Positions 13,860 through 27,917 are shown, numbered from the stretch's first letter. The stretch: 64,000 nucleotides of DNA from Epiperipatus broadwayi (GCA_028023455.1 JAQFVV010000010.1:1674001-1738000); one strand, 5' to 3'. Numbers and translations are program-made. The notes: generated by a model not told the origin, from the sequence alone.

Positions 13860-14005
13860 TCTATATTTATGAACTGCTTAATGATTAATAGTATTTATTA
13901 CTGATTTCAACCAACCAGTTGCTAATTGAATCTATATTTATAAACTATTCAGTGATTAATAGTATATTGTTACTGAGATCAACCAGTCAGTTATCAGTTG
14001 AGTCT
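13860..14005 (+). repeat. Two diverged ~70-bp tandem units inside the LTR-like region
   Basis: ctatatttat(g/a)aact...tgattaatagtat...ttactga..tcaacca repeated. Confidence 0.55.
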
Positions 14006-15129
14006 ACTAATCAATATTACTAACTTATATATTATTCTGAGGAAATAAACTCATACTTAAATAATTAAATCTTTGTGTGTGACTAATTTAAAGATTAATT
14101 ATTGAGTGTACAGCTGCTAGCTTAAAGTCAGAAACTGTATATCAAAAACACAAATATGTAATTTGTTTTACTCCTTGCTTTTCTTTCCATTCAAGAATAA
14201 ATTATAGAAACTATTTGAATTAATAAACTATCAAATTACTGGATTTTTTACATTATTATTTTTATTGTTAACAAATATTTGTTATATAATTACTGTACAT
14301 ATTTATTTTATCACTGCCTGACTAGTATATGGATACTCTCAGAATATAGCCAACAGTCTTAAAGAATTTGGAAAGAAACAATTGTAGAATGGCTACAATT
14401 GAATACTTATGAAAGACCTGTGTATAAATAAATAATGGCAGTATTAAATAGTACTGTTCTGAATTTGACATTAATGATGCTGTCTTGTTGAAGAATTATA
14501 TAAAACATGTAGAATATTACATATTCATAAACGAGATAGACAATGCACATCTGAAAGCATCTACACTTTTTATTTTTCATGGGTCAGGATATTATACCAC
14601 TAACAAATAGATTAACTGATTCCAAAAGGCCACAGAAACTTCTATATAAAGATGTTATTGAGAAATTAAAAGGATATTTCATTCTGGGAACATCAAAATG
14701 AATAGCAGCTGAGGTTACAAAATAGAAAGCAACTACCTTGGGAGAAATATGTTGATTCTGACTTAGTATTAAAAAGTTTAGCTAAGTTTGGCCCTGAATT
14801 TTTTCTATGGCATGATGGACAAGAATTTTAGAAAAATGTTGTTGAGCGATCCTAACATAAATTATAAATGGGCTATGGATAAATGCATTGTAGAAGAAAC
14901 TATGCTGAATAATGCATCAAAATACAAAATCTCTTTCAGTGCAAAAAAAACAAGAAAAAATACTCCAGACCCCAGTAGAAAAAAAAAATGAATTTGGTTA
15001 TTGTTATGATAAATCTTGACATTTTCAAAATAACTGCAAATATAAGTGAAACTAAAATTTGAGTTGGTTGCAGAGTTTAACAACAAAATATTACATCAAT
15101 TTTGCTAATGCACAAAGATAAAGCTTTCA

Positions 15130-16660
15130 CATGATCAGAATACTTTTAGATTTATCCCTCCACTTTCATACCCCAAGAATGTTTGCTAACGCAAAACTGC
15201 ATAAGCTGAATGCATCCCTGAGGCTCATGTTGGACTTTAGGGATGGGGTGTGTGCTATTTTAGCATGGCAATGCTGATGAATCATTGGCTGGTTGAAATC
15301 ATTAGTTTTGGAGATTACACAATCAAATCGCATTTGAATTCATAGAAAGAATTAAGCTGAATGAAATTGAACCAGACTTTAAAGTCGCCATTCTGGATGT
15401 AGCCAAATTATACAAATCTATTCAGTATAATTAATAAAGAACTAAGAAAGAAAAGTTACCCTGACAAGCATGTTAAGTTCATAAAAAAATTCTTGTCATG
15501 ACTCAACGGCAACATTATGGCAATATTCAAAGGGAAATGGTACAGAATGAAGGATGGTTGGCCAATGGGTCTTCCCATGGGCAGGATTACATCAGATATC
15601 TTCTTCAATCACTTTGAACAGCAAGCTAAACCTAAATACTTGGAAGTAGCCCCTAAAACAATATTATGTGGAGGATTTATTTATAGCAGCACCTGAAAAC
15701 AATTGTGAGTAAACAAAATGACCTTCAAGAACTCCAAAACTAGCACTAAATAGCACATGGGAAAATGAAATAAATAATGTGAGATATTTGGACTTACAGA
15801 TGCAAAGAGATGGAGAAAGACTCAATTACAGGATGATCATTAAGCCATTGGAAATCAGAGGTTACACACATTCTAATTTGAATGCACCTAGGGCACATAA
15901 ACAGGCAGAACTATCAGCATTCTTATTTGGAAATCACTATTTGTGTAAGTTTGAAGCAGATAAGAAAACCAACATTGCATGCTATGTCAGAGACTTGATA
16001 AGCATGGGATTCAAACATAGAACAATAACAGAGAGGATCAAGCAGTTTCACTGAAAATTAACAAATAACCAGCATGAAGAGGATAAACTCACACGTAGTA
16101 TTACCATACACATCCAAAATGGCCAAAGACCTAGTAAAAACCTATTCAAACAATTTAAAATAGGTTTTCAAACCACCCTTGCTACTAAAAGACTTATTAA
16201 CAACTCCAAAGATAAAATCAATCCAGATCAAATCCCCCAAGTGGTATATAAGATAGCATGCCCAAAATCCAGCTGCAAGGCTACATACTAATATGAAACT
16301 TGGGCTATTGTCACTACCAGAATAGCTCAACACATGTACGTATATAATAGATCATGTACTAAAAACGAAGGCAGTTTGATATTCCTAGAACACCAAAAAA
16401 CATCTAATCATAGATTTGAACCCACCAATGCTGAAATCATGTGCTTGGAAAAAAATGATGCTAAATAAAAAATAAAAAAAGCATAATTCATTGCAAATGA
16501 CCCGAATGCCATCAACAGACAAGAATCCTGATTTTCGATTTCCAAAAAATAGACTGGTTAAATAATTTGCATACACTAATGATAACACAAAATAAAGAGT
16601 GACACAGGGTATGAAGATAGGAGCAAATATGCCTTGAAAGTGCTAAGCCAGATCTCACAT
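15130..16660 (+). mobile_element. Penelope-like element (RT plus GIY-YIG endonuclease), decayed
   Basis: TPRMFANAKLHK..LRLML; LDVAKLYKSI; FKGKWYRMKDGWPMGLPM; YVEDLF; RYLDLQM..IKP; QVVYKIACPKSSCKATY; HHR-like motif at 16606-16650. Confidence 0.9.
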
Positions 16661-18899
16661 AATTAAAATAATCACTTCACTGGTGTGCATTGGAAGTGCA
16701 GTATAATAAAAATAGAACATGTAGAAATTGAGCAAAAAAAAACATTTAGCATATTTCTGCTGCTTTAAGAAGTACAGAGTTGTTAATAAGAAAATGTTTA
16801 ACTACAAACCTGAGGAAGGGAAAGTTATAAGAGTGTAAATGTAAGGAACTTTCATAATAATAAAATGGAACATATATTTTTGGATGTGGATATTTGTGAC
16901 CAAACTGTAATGATGGAAGTGGATAGCACAGCAAGCTTGTCACTGTTATCTAACAGAGATTGGATAAAAATCAGCAAAAGTATAATACAAGGTGTGCACT
17001 TGAAATTATGGACATAATTTCTACAGACATTAATGGAAACAAAATAGATTTTATTGGGGAAGTTGTTGTATCCTAAAAGTTAAATTTGAGAGTAAAATTC
17101 TTCATGTTATATGTAGTGAAGCAGTCAATCTTAGCTTAAGATTGAGCTTCATGTTTCCACCTACTACCTATATTCAAACCCTATATCCCATCCCACTCCT
17201 TTTGTCATATGTATATATTTTATATATATATTTGAGATGCGCGTCTAAATTATACATTTTTAACTTTTAAATTAACATTTTTATTATTATTAATTTTATG
17301 ATTATTAATTCTTTTTATTAAAATACATAGGTGTTGTTCAAATGTGTATATATAGGAGCAAAAACTTACTAACAAAAGATTGATGTTTTAAATGTTTTAT
17401 TATACGTTATTTTTTAAACTTTTTCTTTTTAAATTGCTTGTTTTTTCTTTTAAACTGTATATTTTGTAAAATCCAATATGGAAGATGCAACAGTTAATTG
17501 TCTAAAAATAAAGGATTGGAAGCACTATTGTTTTAATCTGGGGCAGGTATTTTTAATTAAAGTTTTATGTAAAATAACATGGGGATTAATATTAAAGATT
17601 TTCTTTTAATTATAAACATTTTTCTCAAATATATTTCTAATCTGGAAATAGATTTGAATTTATTTTTGGACGTTATCTTACTGTTGCATCTTCAAAAACA
17701 ATCAATAAAGAAAAAGTATAAAATGGCTGTATTTTGAATGGGATTAGATTAGCTATTATTGAGAGAACTGATTGTAAATGTATTACATGTTGCTTGAAAC
17801 TTAAATAATGTAGCAGTAAGTCCATCACTTCTCGGCCCTGTTGGGTCATTATCTTCTGTGGCCGTACCATTCTGCTTCCCAAGAGTAAAGTAAAAGCCTG
17901 ACCTAAGAACTTTAGTGTGCTAATAGAAGCTTGCTGCCACAGGAGAACTTGCATTTCAATTGCCGTGCACGTGCACTACTAAATTGGACTCTTAAAATTG
18001 CAAGGTAACTTTTCAAGCCGTCACCTCAAACTAAATTTAGCCTAACTCATCTATGAAGATTTCTTCTAATTTGTTATTTAACTTTACCTTTTTTTGACAT
18101 TTAAATATGTAAATGTATTTGCTCTTAAATGATTTTCATAAATTTAATCCTATATCATATGCTCTAACTTTCTTTAATTTTGGTGCGGTCATTTATTTAT
18201 TACTTGAATTTATATGTCTATTTTAGTTATTAATTTGCCAATCTCAAATAATCTGACAAGTTGAATTCCTAAAATCTTTTCTTTCTTTTAAGTAAACCTT
18301 CATACATTAAGGTTATTAATGTCCCCTAAAAATATAATGTGTTATTAATTAACATACTCGCCAGATTGTTTTTCGAGTCAACATTTTATTTATGATAAAA
18401 ATATATTTGTTTAACTCTGGATTTTCTACCCGGGGAGAATCCAGAACTCAAGCTAATTAACACTCTGAAACCTTATTTATTTTAAAATATTATTTATTCA
18501 ATTATGAAAGTGTGACTTATTATTTGTTTTCTGTATATAACTACTAGTTTTTATTTTATTCTTCCATACTCTTAAAATATTAAATACAGTTTTTAAATAT
18601 TCCTGTTATTATAAAATCAATGAAGGTGGGATTGATTTACTTAAAAATAGCAGAAAAGGGATGGGGGTAAATCTTAATGTTTCTTTTACTAAATAAAATC
18701 TTCATGTATATTTTATTAAATGAAATCTTCTCTCTATATATATTATAGTGGCATAGCATGTTATTTATATAAATTATAATATTCAAACAAGGGTCATTTA
18801 TTTTTAAAGCAGTAAATCATATTTTATGCTATTAGTGACATTCATTCATACTGCGTTACTGACATTCACCTTATCTTCATGTTTTTATATATGTGCTTC

Positions 18900-19170
18900 T
18901 TAATCTGAGGGTTGCGACAAGTTTGAACCCATAGATTTCTTCTCAAGCCTTGTCCTGAGGATAGTGAATCTTCCCAGGACTATTTATTTCATATAAAATG
19001 CCTCTGGTCGTGATCCTGTAAGTTTGGCACACACCATACCTATTCACTTTCTTCATATCTAGGCCTGCATGTCGGCAATGATTCACGGCATGCCTATCCA
19101 CTTTGTTCTCATCCAGAAGCATGACCGTTTCCTCTTAGTGATTTTTAGCCATTATGTCAGTACCACCCAA
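18900..19170 (-). mobile_element. LINE (RTE-like) 3' end fragment
   Basis: Frameshifted RTKWI..AVNH..HAGLDMK...QDHDQR resembles the GRP..RW.D.....D...AQDR..WR tail. Confidence 0.4.
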
Positions 19171-20134
19171 ATTTGTATTATTATTGTTATTTCTTTTGCT
19201 TATGACCTAATTTTAATGCTGTAATAATATTAAAATTACGCTCTGCTCAAAATATATATAAATGCCAAATATTACTAGCTAGATTAATTACTAATATTAT
19301 TTTAGTTTTATTATACAATCCCATCATCATAATTTGTTATTTATCTATTTAAGAGTATATGCTTGGGAAAAATAAAGCATTCATCTTACTATTGTTAAAA
19401 TAATTTTTCATTAAATATTTTGTCATAGATTCAGATATAATCTTTCAAATGTATTTTGTTTATTTTCACAACCTCAGTGGCATGAAAATAGTTTATATCA
19501 TATGTATAATGAATTTTGGAATGCTCCTACAAATATATGTTAGTCACCATGTTTCAGAACCGTAAATCAAAGCGTTAATGGCAGTATTATGTAATTCTTT
19601 CTAATAATTGATTGGCATCTTAATATTGGACCCACCACAGGTGTGTGCTTATTTATCATATATTATTTAGCTAATAGAGCATATGAGAAATATAGCGTGA
19701 ATGACTATATAAAATTATCTATCGTTTGGTAGACCGCTTGTTCATTCACGCACATACTAATGTATATACTTAATTTATAAATGTATGTAAATAATTTGTC
19801 ATTATATTAAACTATATTTTATTGTCTAACTTGGTTGAGTAGTTCGAATTCCTCTTTTCTCCACTTCCAAAAATACAGCCATGTATATATATATTTTAGT
19901 TTAGTCATAGTTAACAGATGTCTCATTGTTTTGCTCAGCTTTGCTAGTCGGCCGGATTAAAATTAATTCTCATGTGCCATCACTATTATGTTATTTATTA
20001 GGTGTTAGATCTGGGGCTTAGAGAGTGGGTTCGAATTCAGGCTGGTCCCTGGCCTAAATCTCGGGCTTGACTGGGTTTGAAGTACATTTTGTGAGTTCCA
20101 GCTCATGTTAGATGGATAAACATGTTTTGACCAG

Positions 20135-23100
20135 TACAGTAGTAAATAGAGATTTTAGTTCATTTCTGGAAAGAATCTCCACGAATTTATATTAAAATGA
20201 TAGAGTCCAAGTAGAAATTCTAATGAGGAAGAGTTACCCAGGATTGTTCAAGTCTGGATCCTTGGAGCTAAGATATGACTGGTACATGTAGAGCTGATTC
20301 ACCATCTATTTGTAAATCTTGCAAGGTGTCATTGACCTTGAAAGAAAAAGTAGAGAAAATACATGTTGAGATGATTTCTAAAGGAACCTATTTGTCTTGG
20401 GCGACACCAGTAGTTATGACAATGAAGCCAAATGGAAACTTGATATTGGGTGGTAATTATCAAGTCTTGTTGAACAAATATGCTAATAAAGCTTCATGCC
20501 CTGATCTAAATATATGTGAAGTGCTAGTGTCATTGCAAAAAGCAACTTTTTTCAGACTTTAAGGCAGCATTCCACCAGATTCCAGTAACTGAAAAAACAT
20601 CAAAAATGTTGTCACTTACTACTTATAAGACAGTGTATAAGTGCAATAAATTGCATTACAGTATCACAGATGTGCTGAACATTTTCCAGGCTAAGACATT
20701 TTTTTCAAATCTATGGATGGCATGATTCCCTTTTTAAATGACATCTTAGTTACTGCTAAGACAGAGTCAAAATTAGAAAAGCAAATACATGCAATCTATT
20801 CTAAGTTGGAAAAAGTGAGAGTTAGAATAAATATTAATAAATGAATTTAGCCCACTAAGGAAATAAAGTTCATTATATACATTATGAACACAAAAGGAAG
20901 ATATCCTAATCTAGACAAGGTAAAGACATTAAAAAATGCTGATAAGCAAGGAATTACAGGCATTTCTGTAAACTTTTACAAAAGATTTTTAAAAAGAAAG
21001 TCACATAGATTGTCACCATTGTACCAGATTTTGAAAAAAAAAAACAGTGTTGGACATGAACTGGTAAACTTTATTTGGCTTTTCAGAAAGAAAAATATAT
21101 TTTAATATTGATAAACTCTTGGTACATTATCGTAGTGACCTAGATATTGTAATAGCAACAGATGCATTGGAATGCAGTACTAGAGCTATTATGTTCCATC
21201 TGTGTTATGAGTCAAATGTCCAATAGCTTACCCCTCAAGAGAATTGTCACCAGGTAAAACAAATTGCAGTCAGATTGACAAGAAGGAGTCAACAATGGTT
21301 TTTGCCATTAATAAATTTCATCAATAGGCTTATGAAAGGAAATTTCAGAAAATTTAACATCTAATAAACTACTAGTACATTACTGTAATGTTATATTAGC
21401 AACAGATGTTAGAATTAAAACAGGCAAAACTCTCTATATGTATTGCTACTAATGTGATGTTTATTAGATGTCAGAATACAGTGTTGAAGTTGTTATTTCC
21501 CATCCATGTTATAGAGGCAAATGTCCAATGCCTATGTCTCCAGAATATTGTCAGCAGCTGAAACAAATTACAGACATATTGACAAGAATGCATTAGCAGT
21601 GGTTTTTGTCATTAAGAAATTCTACCAATATGTTCATGAGAGGAAATTTCAAATCTAAACTGGCCATCACCCATTATTAGGAATATTTCACATCAAGAAA
21701 AAAAATTCCTGAACACTTAGATTTATATCTTGCCAAGTTATGACTATGAAGTAGTTTATAAACTTGGAAAAACAATTGGTCGTGCTGACATTTTGTCTCA
21801 GTTAACATGGCAATAGTGAAATTAACTATATAGACATATTAAACTCTGTAAAACTTAATAGTTCAGTTATATATGAGTGCATTAAGAAAGACAAGAAATA
21901 CATTCAACTAATAAAGTGAATTAAATATGGATGACCTAAAACTTGTCCTATGAGAGTGATAAAACTAATTTAGTATATGTGATAGTCTTTCAGTTTGCAA
22001 CAGATGCATGCTTATAACAGATCACATACATGTTCCCCCCAAAGGCCAAATAGGGTTTTGAATCTTCTTCATCAGGATCATCTGGAATTGTGAGGATGAA
22101 AGCTTTGGCCCAATCATATATATGGTGGCCAAATTTAAGTAGTGATATTGAGGTGATGATTAAAAGATGCATTAGTTGTCAACAAACTGCCAAAATGCTA
22201 CCAAAATAGTTTCAAATTTGGAAAAAAGTCCACAACCCCTTGGACACATATCTTAGATCATACAGGATCTTTAAATGGATAGGTAATACTAATATTAGTT
22301 GACTAATTCTCTTGTTGGACACAATACAGAATAGTAAAAAACACAAGTGTAGATGCACCACAACAGTGTGAAGGAAATATTTGCTATTCACAAATATATG
22401 GAAATCATTATAATGGATAATGGACCTGGCTTTACTTTGCAGAAGTTTAAAAATTTCTTCTAGAATAAAGATATTAAGCATATTCTTATTCCATTTTTTC
22501 ACCCTGAGAGTAAAGGAATAATAGAGAAAACAGGTCAACATTTAAGAAATATGTTGAAAAGAAAACAAGTCTAAAGGATATACTGGACGCATTAGTGGAT
22601 GCTATGTTTAATCAACATTTTACTCCAAATACAGTGACAAATAAAACTCTAACACAATTATTAATGTTTCATCCATTCTGTATTCATTTAATTGCATTAC
22701 TGTTACCCACTGTGGAAAAATAATAGTTATGATTGTGAAAAATTCAAAGTAGGAGAAAGCGTATGGATAATACAATATTTCTGGCATAATATTGATAACA
22801 TTATCAAAATAATTATGATCAGTAAAAAAAAAAAAAAAGAAAAAAAAAAGAGATATATAAATCATCTTTATCTTTTTTTTGATGAGTCATTTACTGGATG
22901 TTTATGAAAATAATCTGTTAATGAAAGAAATAAAAATGGATTATTTTATCAGATGATCAAATTGGCGACTGGAATTAAGATCAATTAGAGGATAAAAAGG
23001 AGGAGTTTGTACAGAATGAAAAATAGAATATAACTACTTCGATGGAGGAAATAGAAAGATCTACTCCTAAAACTTCCTGTATACACAGACCTCCTTTAAA

Positions 23101-23977
23101 GATTAGAGACAATATATGTTATTGAGACCATTGTTTTTAGAGTAGGGGAAGAAGTGGAATGTCTGTGTGTATAAATATACTGGAAATATTGTTTGTATTC
23201 ATTCATTTTATAGTTAAAATCCAAAGCGCATGTGCAACAGTTTAATGCTGTTTAAAATATTACAGTTTGTAAAACATCGCGCTATATAAAATAATTGACT
23301 TATTTACATAATTTATTTTTGTAAATATGTACAGATTATTTCAGTATTAAAATTATTTTTCTTTAAAACTTCTAAAAAAATCTACAATAATACTGTTACT
23401 ATAGTAAATCTAATTGAATAAAATTTGTATGCAAATATAAATAATTACATACAAATTATAGATTGAAATTAATAAACCCCCATGCAGTTGAATAGGGCAG
23501 TCAGATAAAAGTATTTACTGCCAAAGGGTAAATAATAGAAAATCTAATCATGATTGTGGTGAGAAGTTAGTAATAGGATTTTCGTTCAGAAAATGCTAAG
23601 TTGCATGTGTGGAGCAAGCACTCAAATGGAACTTTAGAGTTTTGTTTGTATACATTTTAATTGCTAGAAGATGGTTACTTCTAAAAGGACTACATGTATT
23701 GGTTATTAATATATGCATATCTGTGTTTAAAGAGACGTTTCAATTGGAGACACAAATGTGTAATTTGATTTACTCCTTGTATGAAAAATATCTATTCCAT
23801 TCGAAAATAAATTATAGAGATTATTTTGATTAATTGACTATTAAATTATTAATTTCTTTATATTATTATTATTATTATTGTTAATAAATATTTGTTATAT
23901 AATTAGTGTGCATACTTGTTATTTATTTTATCGCTGCCTGTCTGGTATATGAATACTCTCAGGATATAGAACGTACA
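20135..23977 (+). mobile_element. Degenerate Ty3/gypsy pol (RT, RNase H, integrase), PPT and 3' LTR
   Basis: SWATPVVMTMKPNGNLILGGNY; FLNDILVT; IATDA..G; HPG..RMKALAQSYIWWPNL; IMDNGPGFT; polypurine tract 23139-23159 then LTR starting TGTCTG at 23160 and ending ACA at about 23977. Confidence 0.9.
21416..21465. mobile_element. Collapsed 50-bp footprint of an F1 element (left and right termini only)
   Basis: taaaacaggcaaaactctc is the F1 left end and atgtgatgtttatt is the F1 right end; 12-bp TSD agatg(t/t)(t/c)agaat at 21404-21415 and 21466-21477. Confidence 0.7.
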
Positions 23978-24439
23978 TATGTTTGATCACTTGAAAAATC
24001 TATCTTAACATGTTTGATAAGTGAAACAAACAAACTGTCATAATTTCTACACTTTTTTCAAATTTATTTAGTGATTTATATTTAGTAAAATATAAAATAA
24101 CCAAAATTATATAATAAATTTATCGTTTTATAATAAGCATTATAATAAATATAAAATAGTGTCTGATGTAGTTAAAAAATAATATAGAATATAAATGCAC
24201 ACATACCCACATATTGGTAGGTATATACACATTTTTTCATACTTAGTTATAATATAAATATTTGTACGATTATTAGAAAATAAAAATAGATATGGTAATT
24301 AAGATATGTCACAAATATTAAACAATTTTATAATTTAAATTAAATATTCAAATCTTATTGTTATAATTAATGCTTATTTTAAAATTTTCCCTAGATCTAA
24401 ATATAGATCTGATTTTTGGATGCTTAATAGAAGAGTAGT

Positions 24440-24780
24440 ATAGAAATTTCAGATCACATAAAAAAATATGGAGAGATGTATGTTAGGAATAAAATTGATG
24501 GAATGAAAGTAAAATATATAAATGAAAGAACAAACAGATATCATCATTATTATTGAAAGAATTGAGAGGCTGAAATGAAGTTGGGATTGACATTTTTTTT
24601 AAATGGATGATAATAGATGGAAAGTTGAAATCTGAGACTGAATCCCAAGATATTGCAAAAGATCTAGAAAGAAACCATATGTGAGATGATTGAATGAAAT
24701 ATAGAAATTTGCAGTGGTGATGTGGAGAAGAGAGGTTAGGGTTAGGAGACTGTAGTGGAGTGGTACAATTAAGCTGGAGC
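24440..24780 (+). mobile_element. RTE-clade LINE 3' end (copy at about 34060-34402)
   Basis: IIERIERLK*SWD...DNRWK..IPRYCKRSRKKPYVR*LNEI.KFA..MWRR. Confidence 0.75.
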
Positions 24781-24799
24781 TAACGTTAAATGTCTCACA

Positions 24800-25330
24800 T
24801 CATCCACTAAGAGAAATAACACTTCTTATACCATTAAATAGCTTCCATATAACATAAATTAACTTCCATAAATAACCAGTTTCATAGTTTTTTAACTAAA
24901 TGAGTTACATGACTAAATCAACAAAAATTAAAATATAAATCACATCTTTGTTATCAACATTATTTTTACATTTTTTTAGCAACAAAAATCATCAACATGC
25001 TTTTTATATTTTTTTAGGAACAAAAATCATATCTTTAGTGCTTCTTAGTTCTTTATAATCATATTCTCTGATAAACAATCATCTATGACTGAATGGTAGT
25101 AACCTATTCATGTTTAAAATTATTTTTGCTGTAATGGATAACAATGATATTTCAAGATAAATACTGCTGTATTAACTATTCCTTTTATTTTTATAAACAG
25201 GAACAATAGAAGCATCTGAAAAATCAAAAACATAACTTAAGTGGTCAGTATATTGCTCTAAAGAAATTCCATAAACTTTGGGAGCTAAAATATCACTATG
25301 CTGATTTGGGTTTTATCTAGAAAATACAAC
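24800..25330 (-). mobile_element. RTE-clade LINE RT fragment (copy at about 34430-34950)
   Basis: DASIVPVYKNK....YLEISLLSITAKIIL..NRL ... RSTKDMIF ... FVDL. Confidence 0.7.
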
Positions 25331-27842
25331 AGGAGGATAGCCTTTCCATTTTTAAAATCTACAAAGAACTATTTTAAATTCATTAAACTGGATATATTAG
25401 TCCAAATTTAAATAAGTAGATAGAATGACATTTTTTCAACATTTCTAAAAAAGATCCAGAGACTATAATGGAAATGATTGTATCTCCTTTGCAGTTTTAA
25501 TATACTAATTACCTATAAGTGTTCTTCTCAGTAATTGAAGTTCTGCTTTTAAATCTTTACATTACTTACAAACTAAATAAAATAATGAATTGTTTTACTG
25601 CTTCGAAATTCATAAAAAAATTTAAATATCAGAAATGCCAGAGCTGCTCCAGAGTTAGACATTTTACCATCACAATAAATCATATAAGATCACTTACAAA
25701 CGGTATAACTATTACATTATTTTACCCAAGGTGAGAATTTCGCATTTTTTAAAATTGATATTGAAGTAGATATTTCATTGGCAGTAATAATCATTGTCCA
25801 AAATAAAGCAGAGGAAAGAGGAATATAAAGTTAATCAGAAAGAGATCTATAACATAGTTTTTTGGTCAGAAGTACTGTTTTAACTAAATTTAATGAAACA
25901 ATTTAAAGCTCAATTGATAATATATATTCACAACTACACAAAGAAACATTGAATTATTTGTGGGTGCATGTTTGTGTATGTATGAAAAAATTTCACCATT
26001 AGTTTAAATAATGAAAAAGACTATGTTCAATTCTAAGTTTTAAATAAATTCAAAATACGATGTTTTAGAAAATTAAATCTGCTTTTTTTTTTTTTGTTAA
26101 ACAGATTTAATTAAGATTCATTATCAAAAATTCAACATCAAAATTTTAATTACTTGGGCAATATATTTTTTTTTAAAAAAATAGTGAAATTAATTAAGTT
26201 CAAGATCAAAGTTTTATTTAAGTAATTTTGCTAACTATAATTTTTTTGAAAAACAATTTAATTAGTTAATTACATTTAATACTAGTTGGTATGTAGATTT
26301 GCAATAATCCAAACTTGTTTAGTAATTCCACATAAAGTAAAAAAAAAGAAAAAGATAATTATCATGAAATTATATAAAGGACTTGTGATAGTCATTCACC
26401 TGTAGGAGATCAGCAGATTATGCTATTTTTCCTGGATTTCTTTCTACAATAGAGATTGCTTGGAAAAGAGTACTATGAAGTACCATCAAAACTTCAGTGA
26501 TAATTAAAATATTCACTAAATAGGAAAAGATCATGAATGAGTAAATAAAAATTCCTGTAGGATCCCTCTTTCTTAGATTGTCTGTCTCAGAGTGAAATCT
26601 TGAATATTACTTTCCATGCTTGCCTATTTGGAATCATCTCCAAACGACTGCAAGAATTAGCCAACTTAAGAAAATTTATAAGACAGTACCTTTTGTCAAA
26701 TATATAATTTTGCACAAGATATATCAAATTGTCAATAATATTTAGAAGTGCAAAATTCAAGACTTGGTCTATGAATTGCAAAGCAAAAATGTAAGGTATT
26801 TATGTTCAAATCGTTTTTCATAAGCTTTTTCTAAAACTTTGGAAAAGAAAAAAATTAATTCTTTAAAGATTTATCAATAGATTACAAGTGTAATTTTTTT
26901 TTCATTCTCGTTTGTTTGAATTTTTATATAGCTTAATGTTTGTTTATTTGATACAATAGACTTTTATATTATGTTATATATATTTTTATTATAAATAAAT
27001 TTTAAAATCCTCAAGAAACTACACTGAGATGGGCAGAGAATATCAGAAAGTAATTATGCTACTAAAAATATTATACAATGATTTCATTGCATTTGAGAAA
27101 AAATAATGATAACAAAATAAAGAAAAAAAAAGATTTTGTAATGTATTTCTTTAGAATCAGCATATCATTTTGGTACATTATCTCATATGTTTGTTTATGA
27201 ACTTTCATATAAAAATTATTATTTTATGAACAAATATGGTGATTTTTATATGTAAAGAAATATAAAGAGTTTACATATAAAAAAAATTAACTTGTTGAGT
27301 AGATTACAATAAAAGATGTCTGTTTAGATATATTAAAAATAAGTTAAGATTAAATAAATGCTGTAATTACTAAATTATAATTATATTAACATTAGTTAGT
27401 CCATGATGGATGTGTATATGAATATACTCATACAATACTAATTTCAATTCATTAAGTGCCTGCTTTTGGAAATAAATTGAGTCATTAATTTTGAAAATTT
27501 ATATTGATATTGGAAATATCTAAAATTATTTATGTTCCTATTTTGCTTGAATGAATTTGAATTAAAAAAGAGAAAATGTTGAATAATTAGAATTTATTTT
27601 TATAATTATAATCATTTATAATATAGCACTGATATTGTATATAATTTGAATTAATCATAGCAGACCATTAACAGAATGACAAAGAATTAACTGCAGAGTT
27701 CTGTATGTATTTACATAATGGGATAATATTAATTATAATGTAGCCATCTATTATTTATTTATCAATGACTATAACCATGTTCATTCATATGAGTTGAGAG
27801 AAATGTTGAATGAAGTTTTATTATTATTATTTTTTTCTCATG

Positions 27843-27917
27843 TGTCATAGCATCAGCCGGGAAGTGAACCCGCTAACCTGCCATCGCTGACCTCTTGACT
27901 ACCAATGCTTGACATGA
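27843..27917 (-). mobile_element. Short tRNA-derived SINE (family S2), internally deleted
   Basis: Reverse strand gtcaagcattggtagtcaagaggtcagc...gcgggttcacttcccggctgatgctatgacaca, homologous to 57167-57266. Confidence 0.6.

Larger units (their letters stand above)
13355..17130 (+). mobile_element. Degenerate Ty3/gypsy element: LTR-like region, gag and protease, interrupted by a PLE
   Basis: 14160-14355 matches the 3' end of LTR 23740-23977; gag MAVLNS..FDINDA..KNYIKHVEYYIFINEI from about 14412; zinc knuckles at about 15000-15045 and 16718-16760; protease motif MMEVDSTASLSLL at about 16905-16950. Confidence 0.75.
24154..26291 (+). repeat. Segment A, duplicated at 33774-35919
   Basis: Near-identical sequence with scattered substitutions and independent indels. 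Confidence 0.95.

Noticed and set aside
20005-20065. B-box-like GGGTTCGAATTC (also 19840)
   Set aside because: No convincing A box, cloverleaf, tail or TSD
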